Source of the DNA: Candidatus Kuenenia stuttgartensis
GTDB taxonomy: Bacteria > Planctomycetota > Brocadiia > Brocadiales > Brocadiaceae
Length of the DNA: 32,000 nt
Reading direction: 5' to 3'
Assembly: GCF_900232105.1 (NCBI RefSeq)
Contig: NZ_LT934425.1
Location: forward strand, 1,650,001 to 1,682,000
The translations under genes were made by a program, and so were the position numbers. Each line of letters opens with the position of its first letter. The first letter of the stretch is position 1. This document shows, one piece after another, positions 21,530 through 31,197 of this stretch. The notes beneath the pieces are model-generated. The model was not told the origin of the DNA. It made no database searches and saw only the letters and a program-made list of their open reading frames with translations.

Positions 21530-22398
21530 TATGCTTCAAAAGAGGCCACTGCAATGATTCGCGCAGCCGGATGTACCCTTCCGCGCAGCCTCTTGCCAGA
21601 TTTCTTACCCTTTTAAATAACCCGTTCTTTGCGTAACGCCAATTGCCCCCGCCGCGTCCAGCAAATTGAAAGTGTGAGAACACTTCATACATAGTCATAC
21701 GCAGGCAACGGAAGGTCCTCTTTTAATAACCTCTGGATTCAATTCGTAGAATTCAAAGAGTTTAAAAAGCATTGACGTGTCCGCAACTTTGAAGTTGTAA
21801 GTGGAGAATTGCTCTTCATCCTGCTTATGGATATCGCCATAGGTATATCCTTCCACCCATTCCAGGTCAAACACAGATTCCTTTTCCTGAATAAACATTG
21901 CAATACGTTCGAGTCCGTAGGTAAGTTCAAGGGTAATCGGTTCAAGTTCAAATCCGCCTACCTGTTGAAAATAGGTAAATTGTGTAATTTCCATGCCGTC
22001 CAGCCATATCTCCCATCCGAGACCTGTCGCACCCAGGGAAGGAGACTCCCAATCGTCCTCAACAAATCGCACTCATGTTTTACGAGGTCTATCCCCAGTG
22101 CCCGCAAACTGTTTAAATATATCCCCTGGCAATCGTCGGGGGCGGGTTTTACAATTACCTGAAATTGGTAGTAGTGTTGTAATCTGTTTGGGTTCTCTCC
22201 ATATCTGCCGTCTGTCGGGCGCGGGAAGGTTCGACATAGGCGCATTTCCATGGTTCGCCGACCTAGTACCTTAAGGAACGTTGCGGGATTAAAGGTTCCC
22301 GCCCCTTTTCCGTATATATGGCTGCCAAAGATACACCCATAATCAGCCCAGTATTTTTGTAACGTTAAAATAATCTCTTGAAATGTCATTGCGTTCAC
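21530..22398 (-). pseudogene. glyQ: Glycyl-tRNA synthetase alpha subunit, frameshifted; left end approximate
   Basis: [124 protein letters not shown] in several frames. Confidence 0.9.
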
Positions 22399-22795
22399 GC
22401 ATATTTTTAAGTGATGAAAATTATTGAAACTTCTCCCTGCTAAAACAGTTTTCGGAGTCTATCACCACACGTTTTCTTGTCAAGAAATTACCCTATCACC
22501 GAATTTTACAGTAATCCAAAACTCCTGAAGTACTTTTTTTGTCAAAAAATATTTAATTGAATGGTAACACCTTCATGAGGATGTAAAGCGGTGGTAGATG
22601 ATATTTCAACATCAAATTCATAGCGCAGCAAAGCCGTAACCGAAAATGAAGAGGCCGTGCGTCTCTACTTTAACCACAAAGAAAAACTTACAAAAAAAAG
22701 AAGTTTTTACTGGGGAATACTATACGCAGGGACGAAGCATTGCAATAAACAGTTGTGCTCGTTCCTCTCTTGATATCTAAGCCACTAAATCATGC

Positions 22796-22818
22796 AGTGC
22801 GACGAGGTTCGTCGCACT
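22796..22818. other. Short perfect hairpin
   Basis: AGTGCGACGA-ggt-TCGTCGCACT, 10-bp arms with a 3-nt loop, intergenic. Confidence 0.6.
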
Positions 22819-22899
22819 ACAAATGGCAATTTCCGGTTTCAAAAGACTAAAATGTTACAATATTTCAGTCTACTATCTTCCTCTTTTTTCTGCGTGATC

Positions 22900-23464
22900 A
22901 TATAAACCATAAAGAACCGCATCAAGTCCCTTGTTATCCTGTTTCCATCCTGGTCATCGTAAAGAATGTTTTTTATGCGATACGCCGCGTCGACGGTTTT
23001 AGTGCAAAAACAATCAACCCTTGCACTTCTTCTTTGTTCCAGTCTGTAATTTGAGAGCGGTCCTGTGCTGCAGATATAATCGTCAATCGACAGGGTAAAT
23101 CCATTATGGTAATTGCCTTGAAATGTGCCGGGTCTACTTTTATTGTCTTGTCAGTCTTGTTAATAAGCCAAACCCTTACGATTGCGGCGTGTTTTCCGGT
23201 ATTCTATAAAAATCATCAGAACCAAGCAACTTCTTTCCCATAGTCAACAGAGGTTGAAATGTCTTTGATCACTATACCCAGCGTATCCCCGGTCTTATAT
23301 GTTTTTGCCTTTTCCAGTTTAGCAGTTTGCCCAATTGCGGGTCTAATTGCAATAATAGGTATCGTAAGGTAAACGAGAGCAACAAATAAAATGAAAAATA
23401 TCACATTAACTTTCACAAAATCTCCCCTATTAATATTTTTTTCGCGAATTTTCCCCAATATCAA
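22900..23464 (-). pseudogene. Frameshifted small exported/anchored hypothetical protein; left end approximate
   Basis: ORF 23216-23464 (MILGKIREKNINRGDFVKVNVIFFILFVALVYLTIP...) is followed downstream in another frame by protein-like NTGKHAAIVRVWLINKTDKTIKVDPAHFKAITIM and further on ...SQITDWNKEEVQGLIVFALKPS. Confidence 0.45.
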
Positions 23465-23829
23465 GATGCTTGAGGGATAACAGAAACATCAAAAATTAAC
23501 TTAGCGTTGCCTTAAGAAATGAGTCCATTGCTTATATTTGTAACTTTTTTCCCTTAGAGCACAATTTACTTTTTACAACAGGAATATCCCACAAGATCAA
23601 CAATCAATTCGGTATATGAGAAAAAAGGGGACAAGCCAGTGTTCGGCTGTAATGTTTACGCTTAATAGTTACAAATTGCAAAGAGATAATTTTCAAGGTA
23701 CTAAGCAATTTTGAGTTTTCCACCACATATTTTCATTGTCGGGAAATTACCATATCATTAAATCGTCAATAAGTTACGGTTTGCTTGACAATCTGAACAG
23801 CATGTGTTAGCTTTTATTACTATCAAAAG

Positions 23830-23901
23830 TAGGGGCGAAGCATTTGCCCGTTTAGGTATGAACTTATTTATGGCAATTTACAGCAAATGCTTCGCCCCTA
23901 C
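23830..23901. repeat. MITE-like palindromic element
   Basis: Perfect 19-bp inverted repeats GTAGGGGCGAAGCATTTGC / GCAAATGCTTCGCCCCTAC separated by 34 nt. Confidence 0.8.
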
Positions 23902-23999
23902 AACGTGCGGCAAACATCGCTATTATTTGATTTTTTCAAAAAACAACATTATTACGCATAAATAATTAGTCAGATAGTTTATTCTTATAGGAGAGGTAT

Positions 24000-25883
24000 A
24001 TGGCAGAAGAGTCGAAAAAGAGAAGGCTTTGAATTTCAGGCGGAAATAAAAAAATTACTTAACATACTTTCACATCTTTTATACACGCACAAAGAAATAT
24101 TCCTGCGGGAACTCATTTCCAATGCGTCAGACGCACTTACGAAGCAGCGCTTTCATTCGCTTACCAATGAAGATTACGAAGGAAAAGAGCTGCCACTCGA
24201 AATCAATATTGAGATGACGAACAAAACAAAACCCTTACCATAATCGATACCGGCATGGAATGACGAAGGATGAAGTGGTAAAGAACGTGGGAACCATTGC
24301 AAAATCAGGGTCACTGGAATTTATTACCAATTTATCCGAGGAGGCAAAAAAAGATTCAAACGTAATCGGACAGTTTGGAGTGGGTTTCTACTCTGTTTTT
24401 ATGGTTGCCGATGAAGTACGGATCAGAACAAAGTCCTATAAAAAGGGAGAACCTGCTTATGAATGGAGATCTGACGGTACCGGGAAATATTCTGCATCAG
24501 ATGAAAAGGAAAGGCGCGGTACGGAAATAATCGTCCATTTAAAGGAGGAAGAAAAAGAGTACACTGACAAACAAGGATTTCCTCCATCTCAGAATATTCA
24601 AACTTTGTAAGTTTTCCGATATGGTCTGCGGCGAAAAGGCAAATCAGGTCACCGCCCTGTGGAAAGAGCCAAAAAAAGATGTTACCGCGGAACAATACGA
24701 GGAGTTTTACAAATTCATTGCGAACGTTGAAGAAGCGCCTCTTTTCCATTTGCAACCTCCGCGAGGCGCCTATTCAGTTTACAGTATACTATATTGCCCG
24801 AAGGTAAATTATGAATCTGTTATTTTAAAAAAACTGGAACACGGCATTCAACTGTTTGCAATAAAATCCTCATACAGGCAGACTGCAAGGCGCTTTTGCC
24901 GGAATACATGAGATTTATTCGGCGGTAGTGGACTCTTCCGATATTCCATTGAATATTTCGAGGGAAACATTTCAGGACAACCGGGTTATCCAGAAGATGA
25001 AGAACATACTTATCAAACAGGTTCTGGGTCTTTTGCAGGATATCGCAAAAAACATAAGGAAAAGTATGAAATCTTCTGGAAGCAATTCGGAAGAATATTA
25101 AAGGAAGGGGTGCACTTTGATTTTGAGAACAGGGAAACAATTGCGCAATTAATGCGGTTTAATTCTTCGCAGTGCAAAGATGCCGGTGAGCTTGTTTCGC
25201 TGGGAGAATACACGGAAAGAATGAAACCCGAACAAAAAGAAATAACTATATTACCGCCGTAAGCCGGGACACTATCGAGAAAAGCCCTCATCTGGAAATA
25301 TTCCGGAAGAAAGGCGTCGAGGTGTTGTACTTAACCGACCCCAACGATGAATTCTCCTTTCAGGCCTCGGAGAATTCGAAAAAAGACCCATCCGTTCAGC
25401 AGATCAGGCAAATTTAGACGTATTGAAAGATGCCGAAAGGGAATTGTCGATACGTCTTCAGAACCGCAAAACTATGACGCGATATTTAACCATCTTTAAA
25501 GACCAGAAGGTCTGCCTGGCAGACAATGTAACAGACGTCACGGAATCACACCGGTTGAGCGAAAGCCCATGTTGTCTGGTAAGTCCTGATACTTCGCCAA
25601 GCGTTCACGTCCAGAAACTCATCCACATGATGGACAAAAATTATCAAATGCCAAAAAAGATTATGGAAATTAACAGAAAAAACAAGATATTCAAAACCTG
25701 GCAAGGATGAACGAAATACCGGACAATCAGCAGATCGTCGGTAAAATAATCACACAGTTATACGAAAACGCGCTGATGCAGGACGGCGTAGTCTTTGACC
25801 ACAGCGATGTACCACGGGTAAATGAACTCCTTGAAGAATTAACCAATGCAAAACTGGGAGAAGGGAAGAAGATTATTATTTAA
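24000..25883 (+). pseudogene. htpG: HSP90-family chaperone HtpG, multiply frameshifted
   Basis: [119 protein letters not shown]-terminal QLYENALMQDGV in several frames; full-length span. Confidence 0.92.
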
Positions 25884-26027
25884 ACAAGCTTTGCAGTATA
25901 CGCGTATAGGAATTGTATGGTAGAGACAACACCCTGCCAAATGCAGAGGGAATGAGGTAGTACCGCACTACCGACTACCTAACATGACTTAGCCAGGACC
26001 AAACAAGTCTGAGATAAAAAATACGAT

Positions 26028-26101
26028 GCACGAAATCTGAAACAAATTCTAATGACAAAATGATTTGAAATTCTAAACAAGTGCATCTTTTGTATTTCGT
26101 G
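26028..26101 (-). repeat. AT-rich interspersed repeat, copy B (inverted relative to copy A)
   Basis: Reverse complement reads cacgaaatacaaaagatgcacttgtttagaatttcaaatcattttgtcattagaatttgtttcagatttc, very close to 21441-21510. Confidence 0.75.
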
Positions 26102-26155
26102 TTTCGGATTCCACAATTAAAGGTACCATACCCAATCAGACTGAAGCCAGCGGTT

Positions 26156-27075
26156 TCAGTTTGATTGGGTATATACATTATATTTATGCCCTTGGATGGT
26201 TTTATCATACACCTGTTTCAGGCGCTCCGTGGTTACATGGTGTAAATTTGTGTTGTAGAGAGGCTGCTGTGCCCTAAAAATTCCTGTACCGCCCGCAAGT
26301 CTGCGCCGTTATCCAGCAGATGGGTGGCAAAGCTGTGCCGGAAAGTGTGCGAGAAACGCGAAGATGCATGGCGGCTTTTTTCATGTACTTTTCGATCATT
26401 CTTGCAACACTACGTTCTGTAAGACGTCCGTGAAATTTATTTAAAAACAACGCCTCGTATCCGCCTTTCTTTTCTCCAATACAATTGTATTGCATTTAAA
26501 GCGTGATTTCCAACCGGGAGTATGCGTTCTTTACTTCCCTTGCCACGCACCTTTACTATCCCGCTGTGAAAATCTATGTCCGCAATATTAATTCCCACGA
26601 GTTCGCTAACCCGCATACCTGTGCTGTAAAAGGTTTCCATGATTGCTTTATCACGCAAGCCTGATAAATTGCAAGTGTCTGGCTGATTCAGGAGTATCTC
26701 TGTGTCGTTAACACTCATAAAACCGGGAAGTTTTTTATCTGTCTTCGGAGTCTTAATCTGTTCGACCGGATTATATTCTAAAATTCCGTGTTGACATAAA
26801 AATTTGTACAGAGAACGTATGGAGGCCAGTTTTCTTGCTACAGTAGTTTTGGAAGGATTCTTTTTTTTTAAAAAGCAAAGATACTTCCGTAATTGCAGGC
26901 GGGGAACACCGGCAAGGTCTGTACACCCCTCGCCTTTAAGAAATGAAAGATATTGGCCAAGATCGTTTCGGTAAGCCCGCAGTGTTTGCGGCGAATAGTT
27001 CCTGTCATTCTCAATATAGGCAAGATATCTGTCGATAAATCTTTGTATGTTATCGTTTGATGGCAACATTTTCAT
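26156..27075 (-). pseudogene. Tyrosine recombinase XerC/XerD family, frameshifted
   Basis: YSPQTLRAYRNDLGQYLSFL, METFYSTGMRVSELVGINIADIDFHSGIVKVRGKGSKERILPVG. C-terminal part in other frames: [19 protein letters not shown], then [26 protein letters not shown]-like, then TERLKQVYDKTIQGHKYN. Confidence 0.88.
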
Positions 27076-27287
27076 TTCCGTTAAAAAAAATTGTTCGAGA
27101 TAGCGGCGATGTTAGCAAAGTCAGAATTGAATAACAAGGGCAAAAGGACGCCGTATTATGTCTGTGAATTGCCTTGACAAAAATTTCCAACCCCCCTAGA
27201 ATTGCTTTTCCGGTGAAATATCGTGTTGTCACCCGTATTCTGCAATAGCTGCAAAAAATATACTCATGAGGTTCAAAGATAATTATC

Positions 27288-28711
27288 ATGAAGTTGGATA
27301 CATGCGTTACTGGCAAAGTTACTGCCTTTGAGGTGAAGGAGGCATGCGCTCCTCTGGAAGCGTTTTGCCGGTTTTTAAAAAACCCAAATGTTTTCTTCCT
27401 GACAGCGCATTGCCAACGGTGAGATTTCAAGGTATTCCTTCCTTGGTTTTAGCCCGTTTTAACAATAAAAACGAAACACCAAAAATACTTATAAAAGACA
27501 AAGATGGAAGTCAGGAGTGCGAGGGAAGTCCATTTGAATATCTTCGAAAAATATTGAACCGGTATTCTTTGGGAAATATCAGTAATTCCCTGCCTTTTCA
27601 GGGTGGGGCTGTAGGATATTTTGGGTATGACCTCTGTCATTACATAGAGAAATTGCCCAAAACTCTGTGGGTGACCTTGAATTGCCTGATATATATATGG
27701 GGTTTTACGATATTATTATCTCCTATGATAATCTTCTTGAAAAGTTCTTTGTGGTAGTAATTGACTTTGGCATGGATAATACATTGAATGACAGGATAGG
27801 GCAGATAACGGAAGTATTGTGCGGAAAATCTGAAGAGCCTGGAGAAGTGTTAATGACCGGATACGACAGGGTTGTTGCTACGGAATTAAGGTCTAACTTT
27901 ACGAAAGACTCCTATATGAAAGCCCTCCGGCAAATAAAAAAGTATATTTCGGCGGGAGATGTGTATCAGGTAAACTTATCACAAAGGATTGAGGCGCGTT
28001 AAGACATGCCTGCGTATGAATTATTACAAAAGATTGCGCAAAATCAACCTGCTCCGTTTGCATGTTATCTTGGCTTTGATGACGTTCTATAATCAGCTCT
28101 TCTCCGAAAGATTTCTTCGTGTTTGTAATCGTCAGGTACAAACACGCCCGATAAAAGGCACACGGCCAAGAGGTAAGAACGCATTGGAAGATGAAGAGAT
28201 GAAACAGGCCTTGCTGTCCAGCCAAAAAGACAATGCGGAGCTACCATGATAACAACCTTGAACGTAATGATCTCGGACGGGTCTGCAATTATGGTCTATT
28301 AAGGTCATAGAAGAAAAAGCGTTGGAAAACATATCCTACTGTTCATCATCTGGTATCAACGGTAATAGGAGAATTGCACGAGAGATACGACAATAATAGA
28401 CCTGCTCAGGGCGACTTTTCCCGGGGATCTATTACCGGAGCCCCTAAGATCCGCGCCATGCAAATTATTGATGAACTTGAACCATACCAGAGAAGTGTAT
28501 ATACAGGCTCTATAGGGTATATTGGGTTTATGGAAATTTAGACCTGAATATTGCAATACGTACCTTTATTATGAAAGGAGAAACAGTGTATTTCCAGGTT
28601 GGCAGCGGCATTGTTGCAGACTCTGACGCAGAAGATGAATATGAAGAAACATTGCACAAGGCCAAAGCCTTGATTGAATCACTTAACCCATGCCTGACGC
28701 TATCTTCTTAA
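27288..28711 (+). pseudogene. pabB: Aminodeoxychorismate/anthranilate synthase component I, frameshifted
   Basis: [133 protein letters not shown] across frames. PabB versus TrpE assignment rests on the downstream pabC-like gene. Confidence 0.85.
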
Positions 28712-29520
28712 ACGATACAATAGTTGATGCGACGAAAGGTGTTCTCAGCACCTTTGACCGGGGTTTCTTTACGGTGATGGCCTCTTCGAGACCATTCGGG
28801 CGTATAATAAAAACCCCTTTAAACTGGAAGAGCACATAGCCCGCCTTTCAGATTCGGCGCAATTTCTTTGCATACCTTTCCGATACACCTGCGATCAAAT
28901 AAGGCATATTATCGGTCAGCTTCTTGCAAAAAATCATTTATCCGACAGTATATACGCTTAACACTCTCCCGCGGTTATAATGCCAATGGATTTATCCCCG
29001 TGCGCGAGACCAACCCTACTTTTGTAATTCATACAAAACACTTGGTCCCTTATCCGGCACTATGTATAAAACAGGGTTAAAAACTCATTGTTTCACAGAC
29101 ACGAAAAAATGCCAGTTGTCCTATTTCAAGGCATAAAACACTCAATTATTTAACACATTATCTCATCAGGAAAGAGGCATGGAAGCGGGGGCGCATGACG
29201 CACTGATTTTAACCACAGAAGGCAACGTGGCGGATGTTCCGTCAGCAATGTTTTTGTGTGGAAAGACCAGCGCAGTCTTTACCCTCAACTAATGCAAATA
29301 TTTTGCCGGGCATTACCAGGCGGGTTGTTATTGATTTATGCAAGGAAACCGGCATTCAGTGACAGAAAAACTCTTTGATCTCCATGAAATAGCCACGGCA
29401 GATGAAGTCTTTATTACAAACTCTCTTATGGAGATCATGCCTGTTTCATCAATAAACGGAAATGTCTTCGGAGATGCTCTTCCCGGGGAAATTACCGGAA
29501 TACTCTCGGCGAAAATATAA
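28690..29520 (+). pseudogene. Class IV aminotransferase-fold protein (4-amino-4-deoxychorismate lyase / branched-chain aminotransferase-like), frameshifted
   Basis: MPDAIFLNDTIVDATKGVLSTFDRGFF, NPFKLEEHIARLSDSAQFLCIPF, AGAHDALILTTEGNVADVPSAMFLC, EIATADEVFITNSLMEIMPVSSING; start overlaps the pabB end. Confidence 0.8.
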
Positions 29521-29757
29521 ATGCTGACTAGCTGAAGACAGCCACGGCAAAACCCCATTTTAGTACTTAATTATTTTATCAATTGCAGTTACGACAATTT
29601 GTTGCGGTTGTCTTTTGTTATTTCTTCCTGTCTATTGAGTTGATTGCATAAAATGTCGGTTTAACCGCCACAATAAATTGATTTCTTTGAAATCTTAAAA
29701 AAAATCGTAAGTCCCTGTTAAAAAAAAGCTTATTTTTTTCAATATATTGTATAACAC

Positions 29758-29795
29758 CGAAAACACAATACAATGTATTGTGTTTTCGCTTGACA
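29758..29795 (+). promoter_or_regulatory. Perfect 31-bp palindrome abutting a putative -35 box
   Basis: CGAAAACACAATACA-a-TGTATTGTGTTTTCG (29758-29788) followed by CTTGACA (TTGACA 29790-29795) and an AT-rich -10-like region TACAAATAT near 29812. Confidence 0.5.
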
Positions 29796-30034
29796 ATGCC
29801 TTTTTTTTTGGTACAAATATCCTTCTATCTGTCTGTGTACTGCACGCAGAAAGATTCAGTATGCTATTGAAGAGGGTTTTATCGTATTTTTATTTCAGGA
29901 ATCTTCAAATGAGAGGAGGTGTAGCGGGCAAAATAAGAAATTTGTTATTTTGGGGGAGGGGGAATAAGTGAGTTTAAATGTATGGTATGATTGGAAAACG
30001 ACAATTCTGGCTATGAACAAAGAAAGAGGGATAA

Positions 30035-30427
30035 ATGACAACAGCAGTATTAGAAATACCTGAAGCAAAGCATGTTATATGCGATGGAGAAGAGGTACAA
30101 TTAATAATAGAAGAAAAACTGAGTGCTTTTGATAAGGCGATTGAGCAGCATGACTTCCTGGAAATAGATGGCGACATAGAAGGCGATTCACCGGAAGAAC
30201 ATTCGATAAAGATTATCAACCACAGGGCAGAATGTGCATATTCAATCAGTATCGATGCGGTTATCAGACAAGATTTGGGCTATGTAATAGATTCACTCGA
30301 AACAGGAAATACCACGCGCCTTTACGGAATAACAAGAATTGTGGGGTATTACAGCCGTGTATCCAATTGGAATAAATCCAAAATCAGTGAATTACACGAC
30401 AGGCATACGGGAAGTTATTCTGTATAA
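30035..30427 (+). CDS. Small protein with C-terminus resembling anaerobic ribonucleotide reductase NrdD
   Basis: 130 aa; C-terminal ITRIVGYYSRVSNWNKSKISELHDRHTGSYSV resembles the NrdD C-terminal segment (TRVxGYxxPVxNWNxGKxxEFxDR). Preceded by AGAAAGAGGGATAA. Confidence 0.6.
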   Translation: MTTAVLEIPEAKHVICDGEEVQLIIEEKLSAFDKAIEQHDFLEIDGDIEGDSPEEHSIKIINHRAECAYSISIDAVIRQDLGYVIDSLETGNTTRLYGITRIVGYYSRVSNWNKSKISELHDRHTGSYSV

Positions 30428-30614
30428 GTATTATCCTGGCATTCGCTGGCATCCCCAAACGGGAAGGAAGTTTAATGACGTTAAGCAAAAGTGTTAAATC
30501 TTCCTCTTGAAAGGCATCATTTTTTAAAAACCATTGCGGCAAAGAACGTATTCGTGTTCATGTGCTGCAATGGTTTTTTTATTCACAAGATCCTGCCACA
30601 GTAGGCATGCTTTT

Positions 30615-31070
30615 TCAAACAACGTTGGCGGATGGACGAATTCTTACCGTAAGCACGGGGCATGGCGCCTTGCGTACAACCTTTTCCGCCACACTTCCCA
30701 TCATAACATGGGCGAGGCCGCTCCTGCCGTGAGTACCAATTACAATGATATCCATCTCCAGCTTTTCGCCCTTATTGACAATTTCGTTAAAAGGTATCCC
30801 CTTTTCAACAATTGTTTCCACTTCTAACAAATCGGTAGTGCCCTCCGGAAGACTTTTTAACAGATCGGCGTGAATTTTTGACATCGTTGCCTCATCAAGG
30901 TTGTACGGACTAAATTTGTATATTTCCGTATCATATGCACGGGTATCGATTACATGCATAATATACAACTTTGCTTCATCTTTTAATGCCAGAGAAACCG
31001 CATATTTTAAAGCAAGGTAAGAACATTCGGAATGATCTATAGGACATAATATATTTTTGAACTTTATCAT
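30615..31070 (-). CDS. UspA-family universal stress protein
   Basis: MIKFKNILCPIDHSECSYLALKYAVSLA... and ATP-binding GTHGRSGLAHVMMGSVAEKVVRKAPCPVLTV. Start moved inward to 31070 from 31148. Confidence 0.9.
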   Translation of the reverse strand: MIKFKNILCPIDHSECSYLALKYAVSLALKDEAKLYIMHVIDTRAYDTEIYKFSPYNLDEATMSKIHADLLKSLPEGTTDLLEVETIVEKGIPFNEIVNKGEKLEMDIIVIGTHGRSGLAHVMMGSVAEKVVRKAPCPVLTVRIRPSANVV

Positions 31071-31197
31071 ACACTCTCCTGTTCTGTTTGAAAAAAAGAA
31101 GCAACACAAAAAATGAGTAACATTTTCACAAAATGATGTATCATTCACTATTTAAGGCATATACCGTATTACCTTCAGGGACTTTTTGCGTAAAACA

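Noticed and set aside
26274-26495. 73-aa minus-strand ORF as a separate gene
   Set aside because: Its sequence ([19 protein letters not shown]) is the displaced C-terminal part of the XerC/D-family recombinase.
26156-27075. Integrase marking a genomic island or prophage
   Set aside because: The sequence resembles a housekeeping XerC/D-type recombinase. No phage or island genes, tRNA attachment site or flanking direct repeat was seen.
27050-27430. 126-aa minus-strand ORF upstream and across the pabB start
   Set aside because: It runs antisense to the recognisable PabB N-terminus and has no domain-like features.
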